From Candidatus Woesearchaeota archaeon (GTDB lineage: Archaea; Nanobdellota; Nanobdellia; Woesearchaeales; DSVV01), in the NCBI GenBank assembly GCA_016214075.1, contig JACRPI010000020.1, forward strand, positions 55,917-119,916: a DNA stretch of 64,000 nucleotides, written 5' to 3'. Both the position numbers and the translations under genes were made by a program. Positions 31,990-40,736 of the stretch are shown one piece after another (position 1 is the stretch's first letter; each line of letters starts with the position of its first letter). The notes under the pieces were generated by a model that had not been told where the DNA came from, ran no database searches, and saw only the letters and a list, made by a program, of their open reading frames with translations.

Positions 31990-32880
31990 TTATTCTAACA
32001 ACTCCTTTACTCTCTCCACAATCTCATGATGCACTTCAACGACATGAACACCTGCAGAATTTAATGCAGCGACTTTCGCCGCTCGTGTTCCTTTGCCTTC
32101 TTCAATAATTGCTCCTGCATGACCTAATGTTGTTGAAGGGAGCATTTCTGCGAATTTTCCAGAAATAAACGCAATCACTGGTTTTGGATAGTTTGTTTTT
32201 TTGATATACTCCGCAGCGTCTTCTTCTGCTGTTCCTCCTATCTCTCCAAACAGAACAATTACTTTTGTTTCTTCATCGCTTTTGAACATTTCTAACAGTT
32301 CTACGTAATTTGTGCCCATGATAACATCTGCGCCACAACCCACTACTGTAGATTGTCCAATCCCTGCTTTTGTCAGAATAGATGCTGTTTCTGAAGACAT
32401 ACCGCCGCTCTTTGAAATAATTCCTACATTTCCTTTACTGAATTGTTCACTTGTTAATCCGCCAATCATCCCCACTTTTGCTTTTCCTGGACTAATGATG
32501 CCAATAGATGTTGGACCAATAATTGTTGCATGGTGTTTTTTTGCTAGCGCAACACAGTGTGCAGTATCTTTGATAGGAATGTTTTCTGTAATGACATTAA
32601 TGAGCTTGATGTTTGCTTCGAGCGCTTCAATCACTGCGTCTTTCGCTCCTTTTGCTGGCACGATAATTATGGATATGGTGATGTCTGGATGCGTTTGCAT
32701 TGCTTCTTTGCAACTATTGTAGACAGGAACTCCCTCTACTGTTTCTCCTCCTTTACCTGGACGGACTCCCGCAACGACATTTGTTTGGTAAGATTGCATA
32801 AACTGCGTTGCTCGAATTCCTTCTTTTCCAGTTATTCCTTGCACAAGGACTTTTGTTTTCTCGTTGATTAAAATGCTCAT
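31990..32880 (-). CDS. Citryl-CoA synthetase alpha / SucD-like CoA-binding subunit
   Basis: VLVQGITG, IGPTSIG, SKSGGM, GEIGG, phospho-His LGHAGA. Confidence 0.9.
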   Translation of the reverse strand: MSILINEKTKVLVQGITGKEGIRATQFMQSYQTNVVAGVRPGKGGETVEGVPVYNSCKEAMQTHPDITISIIIVPAKGAKDAVIEALEANIKLINVITENIPIKDTAHCVALAKKHHATIIGPTSIGIISPGKAKVGMIGGLTSEQFSKGNVGIISKSGGMSSETASILTKAGIGQSTVVGCGADVIMGTNYVELLEMFKSDEETKVIVLFGEIGGTAEEDAAEYIKKTNYPKPVIAFISGKFAEMLPSTTLGHAGAIIEEGKGTRAAKVAALNSAGVHVVEVHHEIVERVKELLE

Positions 32881-32933
32881 TTTTGTTTGCTCTCGTTGTT
32901 TTATTTTGTATTTTACTTCTTTTAATAATAAAT

Positions 32934-32995
32934 ACCCCATTCCCACTTCATGTGGGAATGGGTCCCCCTGATGTTTTTGCCTTTGTTGGTGCGTG
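32934..32995 (+). repeat. Dispersed hairpin element, copy 4
   Basis: ACCCCATTCCCAC-TTCAT-GTGGGAATGGGTCCCCCTGAT ... GGTGCGTG. Confidence 0.9.
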
Positions 32996-33037
32996 TTTTT
33001 TCTTTACTTTGCATTTTTTTACTTCTTTATTTTTTTT

Positions 33038-34231
33038 CTAACAAGCACAGCGTTTTCTCTCCTGTATTTTTTCAGCCATTTTTTTTGCCGCAACAGTAAT
33101 AGGTGTTTCATCGCCATACCATTCCATATCTAAGCAGAGTTCTTTTGCTGTTTGTTCGACTACTATTTTCGCTTCCTTATCTCCTGGTCCTGCGCGTCTG
33201 AAGATAATGGGATATTCAGGTTTTAATTCTTTGATGACTTTTATGATCGCAGCGATTGTTTCATGAATCTGCGTAAAATTCGCTTTTGCTCCGACGACAA
33301 ATAATCCCTTGAGATTTGGTTTGTGCATCACAATTCTTGTCAACGCTTCCACTTTTTCTGGACTTGGATTTCCACTGTATTCTGTATAATTCGCAGGCTT
33401 TTGCTTGTAGCTGATCAGCGCGTCCACTGCTGTAATGCTTGCGCCGCCACCTGACGCGAGTATGCCAACATCTCCTTCTAATTCGATGTATGTTTTTCCC
33501 GCAATTCCTCTGTGATCGAGTTCGTTGACCTTGTTTGCCGCGATTTCTGCCTCTGTTTTTTCTCTGCCTATTCCTACTCTTTGTGGGAATTGAATATTTT
33601 GTCTGAACAACGCATCGTCGTCAAGAATTATTTTCGCGTCAGCCGCGATGAGATCGTTGCTTTCTGTTTCAATAAGTGGATTTATCTCGAGTAATTTCAT
33701 ATCTTTGTCTATAAATAATTTGTAGAGCTTTTCCAATAGTGGAATCATCTGCAGATTTGCTATTCCTGCTTTGTGAAGGATGTGCTTTGCTTCATGTTCT
33801 GTGATGCTGTTGAGGATGTTTACTTGTTCCACAATCACTTTGCTTGGATGGATATTTTTTGTTTCTTCAACATCTACTCCTCCTTGACTGCTTGCGATGA
33901 TCACCGGATTTCTTGTCTTTGTGTCGTAGGTTATTGCGAGGTAGAACTCGTTTTTTATCTTGCACTTTGTTTCGATGAGGAGTTTTTTTACTGTTTCAAA
34001 GCTGTGGTGTTCGTGGAGGAGTTGTTTTGTTATTGTTTGAATCTCTTCTTTTGTTTTTGCGGATTTGATTAACCCCGCTTTTCCTCGCTTACCTTCTAAT
34101 GTCTGCGCTTTGATGATTACTTCTTCTGTTGGTTCTTGGATTTCTCTTGTGTTTTCTATTATGTATCCTTCTGGAACAGCTATTCCTGCTTCTTTGAGGA
34201 GTTGTTTTCCTTCGAATTCGTAGAGTTTCAT
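33038..34231 (-). CDS. Citryl-CoA synthetase beta / ATP-citrate lyase beta-like ATP-grasp subunit
   Basis: KLYEFEGK, GKRGKAGLI, LEINP; SGGGAS, ANYTEYSGNP and ANFT resemble ACL citrate-binding motifs rather than SucC NGAG/NFLD. Confidence 0.85.
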   Translation of the reverse strand: MKLYEFEGKQLLKEAGIAVPEGYIIENTREIQEPTEEVIIKAQTLEGKRGKAGLIKSAKTKEEIQTITKQLLHEHHSFETVKKLLIETKCKIKNEFYLAITYDTKTRNPVIIASSQGGVDVEETKNIHPSKVIVEQVNILNSITEHEAKHILHKAGIANLQMIPLLEKLYKLFIDKDMKLLEINPLIETESNDLIAADAKIILDDDALFRQNIQFPQRVGIGREKTEAEIAANKVNELDHRGIAGKTYIELEGDVGILASGGGASITAVDALISYKQKPANYTEYSGNPSPEKVEALTRIVMHKPNLKGLFVVGAKANFTQIHETIAAIIKVIKELKPEYPIIFRRAGPGDKEAKIVVEQTAKELCLDMEWYGDETPITVAAKKMAEKIQERKRCAC

Positions 34232-34293
34232 GAAGAATTGTCTCTTTGTTGTTCTTTTAAAGGTTGTGGAAGTTGGATGGAGAGGTTAGTATT

Positions 34294-34338
34294 TGTACCC
34301 CTACAAATTATTTTTTTTGATAGAATTGTAGGGGTACA
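34294..34338. terminator. 13-bp inverted repeat downstream of PEP-mobile gene
   Basis: TGTACCCCTACAA (34294-34306) / TTGTAGGGGTACA (34326-34338). Confidence 0.45.
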
Positions 34339-34344
34339 TTCTAT

Positions 34345-35397
34345 TTATGGTATTTTGGATAAAATTTTTTTCACAATCCCTTTCTCTGCATCCACTTCAA
34401 CAAGATCGCCGTCTTTGAGCATTCGTGTTGCATTCTTAGTTCCAATCACACAAGGGATTTTTAACTCTCTTGAGAGAATTGCTGCGTGACACACAAGTCC
34501 GCCTTCATCTGTGATAATCGCTGTTGCTTTCTCGATAAACGGCATGTAGATTGGACTTGTACTTACTGAAACTAAGATTTCTCCTTTGTTAAATATGACT
34601 CCTTTAATTGTTCGATCATTCACTATTCTGACTCTTCCCTTTACTATTCCAGGATATGCGCAGCGACCTTTGATCTCTTGTTCTTTTGTAATGGGTTCTA
34701 ACATTTCAATGATTTTTTCTGCATCAGTTCTGAAAGAAATATATTCTTTCTCATCAATGACTGCATAAACATAATTTCCTTCTTGATTCTTTCTCTCGTT
34801 ATACTTCTGCCACTCTTTTGCGAGAATTTCTTTATATGTCAGATAATTTACAGCATTTTCATTTACTCCTGCTTTTTTTGCTTCTTTTTGCGCAAGAGGG
34901 ATAATTATCTCTTCAATTATTCTTGGATAATATGATATTGCTCGTAGCTGTTCTGTCTTTTTGATCACTTCTTTGTCTTTGATTTCATTGAGAAATTCTC
35001 CTGCTCTGTAGGGAAGCGCTGTTGCATGCAGACTCAAAATGATTAAAAATTGCACTGCCTCTTGTAATGTTAGCGTTTCTTTTTTCGCAAGAATCCTTTC
35101 TGCTTGTTTATTGAGTTGTTCTGCTTTCTCAAGAAGTGTTCGTATCTTTTTTGTGTTTGTATAGATTTCTTTTGCGCATTTGTTATATGCTTCTACTTGT
35201 TCTTTTGGCCGGTAGCATCGTGCAACGTCTTTCTTTTCTTCTAGAAATAACACGTCTGGAAATCGTGCACCAAGAACTCGTTTCCATTCTTCTGATTCAT
35301 ACCATGTATGCCATAATGATGCACCAAAAAGATTAAATGGGCGCGTTAAGTAGTACTGCCAGTTTCTTGCTTTTAGAATGATGTTTATTTTGTTCAT
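34345..35397 (-). CDS. PEP-utiliser mobile (phospho-His) domain protein 1
   Basis: C-terminal GRCAYPG..AIITDEGGLVCHAAILSRELKIPCVIGT..LKDGDLVEVDA. Confidence 0.9.
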   Translation of the reverse strand: MNKINIILKARNWQYYLTRPFNLFGASLWHTWYESEEWKRVLGARFPDVLFLEEKKDVARCYRPKEQVEAYNKCAKEIYTNTKKIRTLLEKAEQLNKQAERILAKKETLTLQEAVQFLIILSLHATALPYRAGEFLNEIKDKEVIKKTEQLRAISYYPRIIEEIIIPLAQKEAKKAGVNENAVNYLTYKEILAKEWQKYNERKNQEGNYVYAVIDEKEYISFRTDAEKIIEMLEPITKEQEIKGRCAYPGIVKGRVRIVNDRTIKGVIFNKGEILVSVSTSPIYMPFIEKATAIITDEGGLVCHAAILSRELKIPCVIGTKNATRMLKDGDLVEVDAEKGIVKKILSKIP

Positions 35398-36473
35398 TGT
35401 ATCTTCCTTACAATTCCTTTCTCTGCGTCGACTTCGACAAGATCACCATCTTTCAGAATCTTTGTTGCGATTTTTGTGCCGATAATGCATGGTTTCTTGA
35501 TTTCTCTCGCAATGATCGCAGCGTGACAGATCAAGCCCCCTTCATTTGTCACAATTGCCTTGCATTTCTCCAAAACAGGCAGTAATGTTGGATTTGTGTT
35601 TATGGAAACAATAATATCTCCTTCTTGAAATTTATCCATATCATCCACTGCATTAATGATGCACACTCTTCCCTGGACAATTCCAGCACATGCACTTCTT
35701 CCCTGCACTTCTGTTTGTTCTTTCACACTGTTCTCTACAATATTGAGCTTTTCTTTTATCTTTTCATCGTAAAGGAAGATTGCTTTTTCTCTTTCATCAA
35801 AATACCACCAGCAGCCATTTTTTCGCTTGGAAATCTCTTGAACATCTTTCTGTTTTTCAAATATTTCTCTGACTTCTTCTGTTGTGCAGTATGCGTAATC
35901 TTTGGAATCAGCTCTTTTTGTTATTTCTGCTGCTTGCTTCCATATTTCTTCAATCACTGGTTGAAGTGCTCGTCTTGTTTTTTTTCGGAATGCTTGAAAC
36001 TCTTTTCTTATTTTTTCATATCTTCTTTGCTCTTCTTCAGTCATTCCTTGTTCCATCGCATATAATACATACCATGGAATGCAGGTGAGATAGAGAAAAA
36101 TATGCTCCATTTCATCAATAATCTCTCTGTACTGCTTTTTGAACTTTATATTCTTCTCTGAAAATCTCTTCATTAACGTTTCTTCTCTCTTTTGATACTG
36201 CTTCCCTTTCTTTATCCATTCTTGCAGTTTTGGATTCTTCTCTTTGATTATTTTAAGGAAATGTGTCACTACTGCTTTCATCTCCGCATCTGAGCGATAT
36301 GTTGTCGCAAATCCATCTTTATACCAACACAACTCTTTTCTAAATCTGAAGCCAGTCTCTTGTTCCATTAATGTACTATATGCTTTATAGAAAATAGAAA
36401 CATAGAAAATATTGCTCTTTCTCTCTAAATGCAATATCCAGTCTATTTTTTTGAGCGTTTTGATGGAAGTCAT
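35394..36473 (-). CDS. PEP-utiliser mobile domain protein 2
   Basis: AIVTNEGGLICHAAIIAREIKKPCIIGT. Confidence 0.9.
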   Translation of the reverse strand: MTSIKTLKKIDWILHLERKSNIFYVSIFYKAYSTLMEQETGFRFRKELCWYKDGFATTYRSDAEMKAVVTHFLKIIKEKNPKLQEWIKKGKQYQKREETLMKRFSEKNIKFKKQYREIIDEMEHIFLYLTCIPWYVLYAMEQGMTEEEQRRYEKIRKEFQAFRKKTRRALQPVIEEIWKQAAEITKRADSKDYAYCTTEEVREIFEKQKDVQEISKRKNGCWWYFDEREKAIFLYDEKIKEKLNIVENSVKEQTEVQGRSACAGIVQGRVCIINAVDDMDKFQEGDIIVSINTNPTLLPVLEKCKAIVTNEGGLICHAAIIAREIKKPCIIGTKIATKILKDGDLVEVDAEKGIVRKIQ

Positions 36474-36483
36474 CGTAGTTTTC

Positions 36484-36978
36484 TCACATATTCTCTATCT
36501 TCTTCATTACTTCTTTATACATATCAATAGAGAGATAAAAACCAGAAGAGATCATTCCATCAATATATTGTTTTGCTTCTTTTTTTGTTATTTTTTTCTC
36601 TTGCAATAAGAGTAATATTACATATACTGTTCCGTGTCTCTTTACTCTTAATGATTCTGCAACCTCTCGCGCATATATTTCATCTATAATCGCAATGGCG
36701 TTTTTCTCTCTTGCAAGAAAAATAACTTCTACATCCGCTTGGCTCAGGGGTATTTTTCTCTCTCTCTTTATTCTTGTTTTTTCTACAAGAAACTTCTTTT
36801 CTCTAATGAGGTTGTTCACATATGTCGCTTCAGTTTCTCTTCTTTCCAATCCTTTGAGAACAACTTCATCATACACACGTTGCGGTATGAATTTCCTTCC
36901 AGAAAGAAGTGAAACTTTCTCTAAAGCACGAACTTTTCCCAAATAGATAAGTGGTGATGCATCAAAGACATAATCCAT
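36484..36978 (-). CDS. PIN-domain toxin (DUF3368-like)
   Basis: YVFDASPLIYL, AIIDE..AR, HGTVYVIL. Confidence 0.88.
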   Translation of the reverse strand: MDYVFDASPLIYLGKVRALEKVSLLSGRKFIPQRVYDEVVLKGLERRETEATYVNNLIREKKFLVEKTRIKRERKIPLSQADVEVIFLAREKNAIAIIDEIYAREVAESLRVKRHGTVYVILLLLQEKKITKKEAKQYIDGMISSGFYLSIDMYKEVMKKIENM

Positions 36979-37274
36979 CAGAATGCCTCCAGATCCTCCT
37001 GGACAGCTCTATCTTTCACCCACTGAATTTTTGCTTCTTTTATTTTCGCAGTCAATGACCAGATATCTATTCCCGCAATCTCTGCCGCTTTACTTACTGT
37101 TGTTTTTCCCTCAGATAAAAGCTTGAGCGCGTGTTCGAGTCTCCACTCTTCCAACGATTTGAAGAGAAGTTTTCGTAATGCCGCTGACTTTTCCAAATGC
37201 TCTTCTTTCATATATACTTCTAATTCTGCTTCCAGGACTTCTGGAATTCTTGCGGAGATATTTACTTCAGTCAT
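36978..37274 (-). CDS. UPF0175-like antitoxin
   Basis: ISARIP, KSAALRKLL, EGKTTVSKAAEIAG; coupled to the PIN gene. Confidence 0.85.
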   Translation of the reverse strand: MTEVNISARIPEVLEAELEVYMKEEHLEKSAALRKLLFKSLEEWRLEHALKLLSEGKTTVSKAAEIAGIDIWSLTAKIKEAKIQWVKDRAVQEDLEAF

Positions 37275-37306
37275 AATGTATACATAGTATACCTTGTATA
37301 TAAAGT

Positions 37307-38671
37307 TTACGGAAGTTTTCTGACTGTTCCTTTCTCTGCGTCTACTTCGATAAGATCACCGTCTTTCAGAATCTTTGTTGCGATTTTTGTGCCGACAATA
37401 CAAGGCTTCTTCATCTCCCGCGAAACAATAGCTGCATGACTGATAATTCCACCTTCATTTGTCACAAACGCTGCTGCTTTTTGCATCGCAGGAAGGTATG
37501 TTGGATGTGTGGTGTTTGCAATGAGAATATCGCCGATCTCTACATTTTTGACATCATGGTACGATCGCACAATTTTGACTTTGCCTGTTATTTTTCCTTT
37601 AAAAGCAACAAGACCTTTTATAACTTCATTTTTCCCTTTATTCTCTATTTCTTCGATGCGTTTTTCATATTTTTCAGGAATATTTTTGTCTATAACTGTT
37701 ATTTTCAGATCTTCTCCCAAACACGTAATAATGCATGGCTTTTCTTTTCTTGCAGCAATTATTTTACTTGGATTATTTTCTTTTTTTAATGCACTTTCTA
37801 TCTCATCTAATGTCAGATATCCTACTTCTTCGTATTTTATTTTCCATGCTTTTGCTATTTCTTCAAACAAAAAAGTCCATGAATAGCAATGCATTCTTCT
37901 CAGATCATCTCTCCAATCTTTGAAGAAAATAATGTATGGCGCAAGTTCTAAGAACTTCTTTTCTTCAGGGGTTGGATTAAGGAGAGCAAACAGTTGTTTT
38001 TTGGTTAGTGCTTTTGCATCGTTGTGACTTTGAGCGGTGATATTTCTTACCCACGCTTCATCAAGGGGTCTATACCACACCACAGACCAGCTTCTGAGGA
38101 ATTGATATTCTTCTGCTATCTTTTTCGGAGAAATACCCTTGCTTATCTTTTCTTGTATCTCATGAAGCGCAGTATTTTTCCACGGCTTGTATGCTGCGGT
38201 GAGAATTTCATCTTGTTGGTGTTCTACTTTATTTCTTTTGATAATCCCATTCAGGAGCTGCTCAAAATCTGCCTGCCATGCTTCAATTGCAAGCCAGGAG
38301 AAAATACTATACACATAGTTGATTTGCATGAACTGTTCTCTGAACTCACGAAACGCTTCCTGCGTCTTTGTTCTCTTCTCTTTTTCCCACTTCTCTGTTG
38401 TCTTCTGTATCTTTTTCAGAAGGACTTGTCCTTCGTTATAGTATTTTTGAATTTGTTCTGGAGTATTGAAATATTTTTTGTACAGAAATCTTCCTACTTC
38501 TTTCTGATCTACCCCAATATAGTGGGTGAAATTCTTTTCTTGAAAATGCGTGAAAAACAGTTCTTCTTTTTTTTGCGCAAATTGCCAGACCGCATCGTAA
38601 AAAACAATGTCTAAGCCAGAGATCGTTGTGATGTCCACGCCTTCTCTCGCTAAAAGTTTTTGCCAGGTCAT
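37307..38671 (-). CDS. PEP-utiliser mobile domain protein 3
   Basis: AFVTNEGGIISHAAIVSREMKKPCIVGT. Confidence 0.9.
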   Translation of the reverse strand: MTWQKLLAREGVDITTISGLDIVFYDAVWQFAQKKEELFFTHFQEKNFTHYIGVDQKEVGRFLYKKYFNTPEQIQKYYNEGQVLLKKIQKTTEKWEKEKRTKTQEAFREFREQFMQINYVYSIFSWLAIEAWQADFEQLLNGIIKRNKVEHQQDEILTAAYKPWKNTALHEIQEKISKGISPKKIAEEYQFLRSWSVVWYRPLDEAWVRNITAQSHNDAKALTKKQLFALLNPTPEEKKFLELAPYIIFFKDWRDDLRRMHCYSWTFLFEEIAKAWKIKYEEVGYLTLDEIESALKKENNPSKIIAARKEKPCIITCLGEDLKITVIDKNIPEKYEKRIEEIENKGKNEVIKGLVAFKGKITGKVKIVRSYHDVKNVEIGDILIANTTHPTYLPAMQKAAAFVTNEGGIISHAAIVSREMKKPCIVGTKIATKILKDGDLIEVDAEKGTVRKLP

Positions 38672-38747
38672 GACTCAGATTCATTTTCTCTTCTTTTAAT
38701 ACTTTACCACCAAAACCATTAAATATTGCTCTTTCTAAAATCTCTTC

Positions 38748-40157
38748 ATGCAGCTCTCTCCAGATCAACAAAAGGCAATTGACAGCCAAAAAGCGCAATG
38801 TCCCTTCTGCAAGATTGTCAAAGGAGAAATTCCTAGCAAAAAAGTCTACGAAGATGATCAACTCCTCGCAATTCTTGACATCAACCCTGCCGCGAAAGGG
38901 CATCTTCTCATTATGCCTAAAGAACATTATCCCATTATGCCATTAATTCCTCCTCCTCTTTTTGAACATCTTTTTACGCGAACAAAACAACTTTCCGCTG
39001 CGATGAAAGAAGGCATGCTGCTTTTTGGCAACACGCTTTTCATCGCAAACGGCTACGCCGCTGGACAACAGAGCAGCCACTTTATGCTGCATCTTATTCC
39101 TAGGGAAGCTCCTGATGATTTAGAGTTTTTTCAACCTAAAAAAGGAATTATCGATAAAGCGAAATTGCAGGAAACATTCAATCTATTGAAGCACAATCTT
39201 CCGATCATGCTTCGCCAGCGCTTTTCGCTTTATCCCATTCCTGGGCAGGAACAACCGCGTGTTGAAGCACAGCAAACACAAGTACGTTCCTCAGTTTCGT
39301 CTGTTGAACAAGAATACTCATCTCCTCCACAACCATCAGCACTGCAACAACCTTCGTCATCAGTCCGCTCACCTGCAGGTTACACAAAAGAAACAGTCAT
39401 CAAATTGGTGGAATCTAATGATCAACTCAAACAATTTGTTATTCAATATCCTGAAGAATTCAAGAAACAAGTGCAGCAAAGCGGTCGCTTGAAATCTGTG
39501 TTCGCGAACATTGATGTTGATGACATTATCGCGCATTTCGCTCCTCCGAAAAAAGCAGAGTCTCAGTATTCTATGGATGAGCTTGTTGATTTGGTCAATG
39601 ATAATCCAAAACTCAAAGAGCTTCTTTTGAAACAGACCTTCTTGTTCACAGAAAAAATTCAGCAGGTTTCGGAATTGAAGGAACTCTTTGAAGGCGTTGA
39701 TGTTGAAGCATTAGAGCGCGCAGTGATTGCCCGCGATGTTCATCAGGAACAGGATGTGCAAGAAATTCTTGCTCCGTTTAAAGAGAAGACTGCTTCTGCG
39801 ACACAGTTTGCAAGTAGTCTTGTTGATACAGAGACGCTCAAAAACCTTGCGCCGCATCTGGAGATTCCTGCCGCAGAGAATCCTGCGGAGATTCAGGATG
39901 AAGATGAATCTATTACAAACCTTCATGCTTTTGGGGAAGAGGAATCATCTTCTGAAGCTGGCGAAGAGTACTCTGAAGAACAACAAGAAGAAGCTAAAGA
40001 ACAAGAGCAGCAAAAAAAATATGTAAAAAAACCGTTTTCAAAGAAACAGAAAGAAGGAAACGAAGCATCACCGGAAGAACCAGAAGAAAAATCAAAAAAA
40101 GGAGCAGATCTTGATCTGATTTCCCGCCTTCATCGGGAAATGTTACAACGACAATGA
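38748..40157 (+). CDS. HIT-like domain protein with long acidic C-terminal extension (degenerate triad)
   Basis: CPFCKIVKGEIP..DINPAAKGHLLIMPKEH; triad reads HFMLH. Confidence 0.85.
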   Translation: MQLSPDQQKAIDSQKAQCPFCKIVKGEIPSKKVYEDDQLLAILDINPAAKGHLLIMPKEHYPIMPLIPPPLFEHLFTRTKQLSAAMKEGMLLFGNTLFIANGYAAGQQSSHFMLHLIPREAPDDLEFFQPKKGIIDKAKLQETFNLLKHNLPIMLRQRFSLYPIPGQEQPRVEAQQTQVRSSVSSVEQEYSSPPQPSALQQPSSSVRSPAGYTKETVIKLVESNDQLKQFVIQYPEEFKKQVQQSGRLKSVFANIDVDDIIAHFAPPKKAESQYSMDELVDLVNDNPKLKELLLKQTFLFTEKIQQVSELKELFEGVDVEALERAVIARDVHQEQDVQEILAPFKEKTASATQFASSLVDTETLKNLAPHLEIPAAENPAEIQDEDESITNLHAFGEEESSSEAGEEYSEEQQEEAKEQEQQKKYVKKPFSKKQKEGNEASPEEPEEKSKKGADLDLISRLHREMLQRQ

Positions 40158-40726
40158 CGTGCCCTCTTTGCTCCATCAGCCAGAAACATGTTGCGAGCCA
40201 GATTGTGTATGAAGATGCTGTTTGTCTCGCGTATCTTCCTTCTGACGCTGCCGCTGTTGGTCATATTCATGTCATCCCCAAAGATCACATAGAAACGTTG
40301 GAACAGCTTCCTGATTCTCTCGCGACGCAACTCTTCTATGTCGCAAGCTACGCCGCAAGCGCGATCTATGAAGGACTCGCATCACACGGAACAAACATTA
40401 TTTGTAACAATGGCGCGGGCGCAAAAGGACATCTTTCTCTTCACATTATTCCCCGTTTTGAAAACGATGGCATTTCTTTGACGTGGCAGCCAAAACAACT
40501 TCCTCCTCCAGATTTTGAGGACGCGATGAAGAAGATAAAAGACAAAGCGGATTTTATTGATTACAAAGGCGCGAAGAAAGAAGCTCCTGCTCTGCAACAA
40601 GCAATACAGCCAGAAGCAGTTGCTGTTCCTCAAGACGTTGTTTCTGTAAAAGACGCTCCTAAAGAGATTATCACTACATCTGATGAAGAAAATTATATGG
40701 TCAAGCATTTGTATAGGATACCGTAG
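40154..40726 (+). CDS. HIT-like protein (degenerate triad)
   Basis: CPLC..VGHIHVIPKDH; triad reads HLSLH. Confidence 0.85.
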   Translation: MTCPLCSISQKHVASQIVYEDAVCLAYLPSDAAAVGHIHVIPKDHIETLEQLPDSLATQLFYVASYAASAIYEGLASHGTNIICNNGAGAKGHLSLHIIPRFENDGISLTWQPKQLPPPDFEDAMKKIKDKADFIDYKGAKKEAPALQQAIQPEAVAVPQDVVSVKDAPKEIITTSDEENYMVKHLYRIP

Positions 40727-40736
40727 AGCTGATATT

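Noticed and set aside
32881-32946. ORF-track N-terminal extension of the alpha subunit (MGMGYLLL...)
   Set aside because: It starts inside repeat copy 4; homology begins at MSILINE (32880).
31990-34231. Plain succinyl-CoA synthetase sucCD annotation
   Set aside because: Beta-subunit motifs match ACL/CCS and a citryl-CoA lyase lies nearby; not fully excluded without phylogeny.
34345-38671. PEP-mobile paralogues as diversity-generating retroelement targets
   Set aside because: No reverse transcriptase or template repeat is visible, and the three mismatches in the shared patch are synonymous and not adenine-specific.
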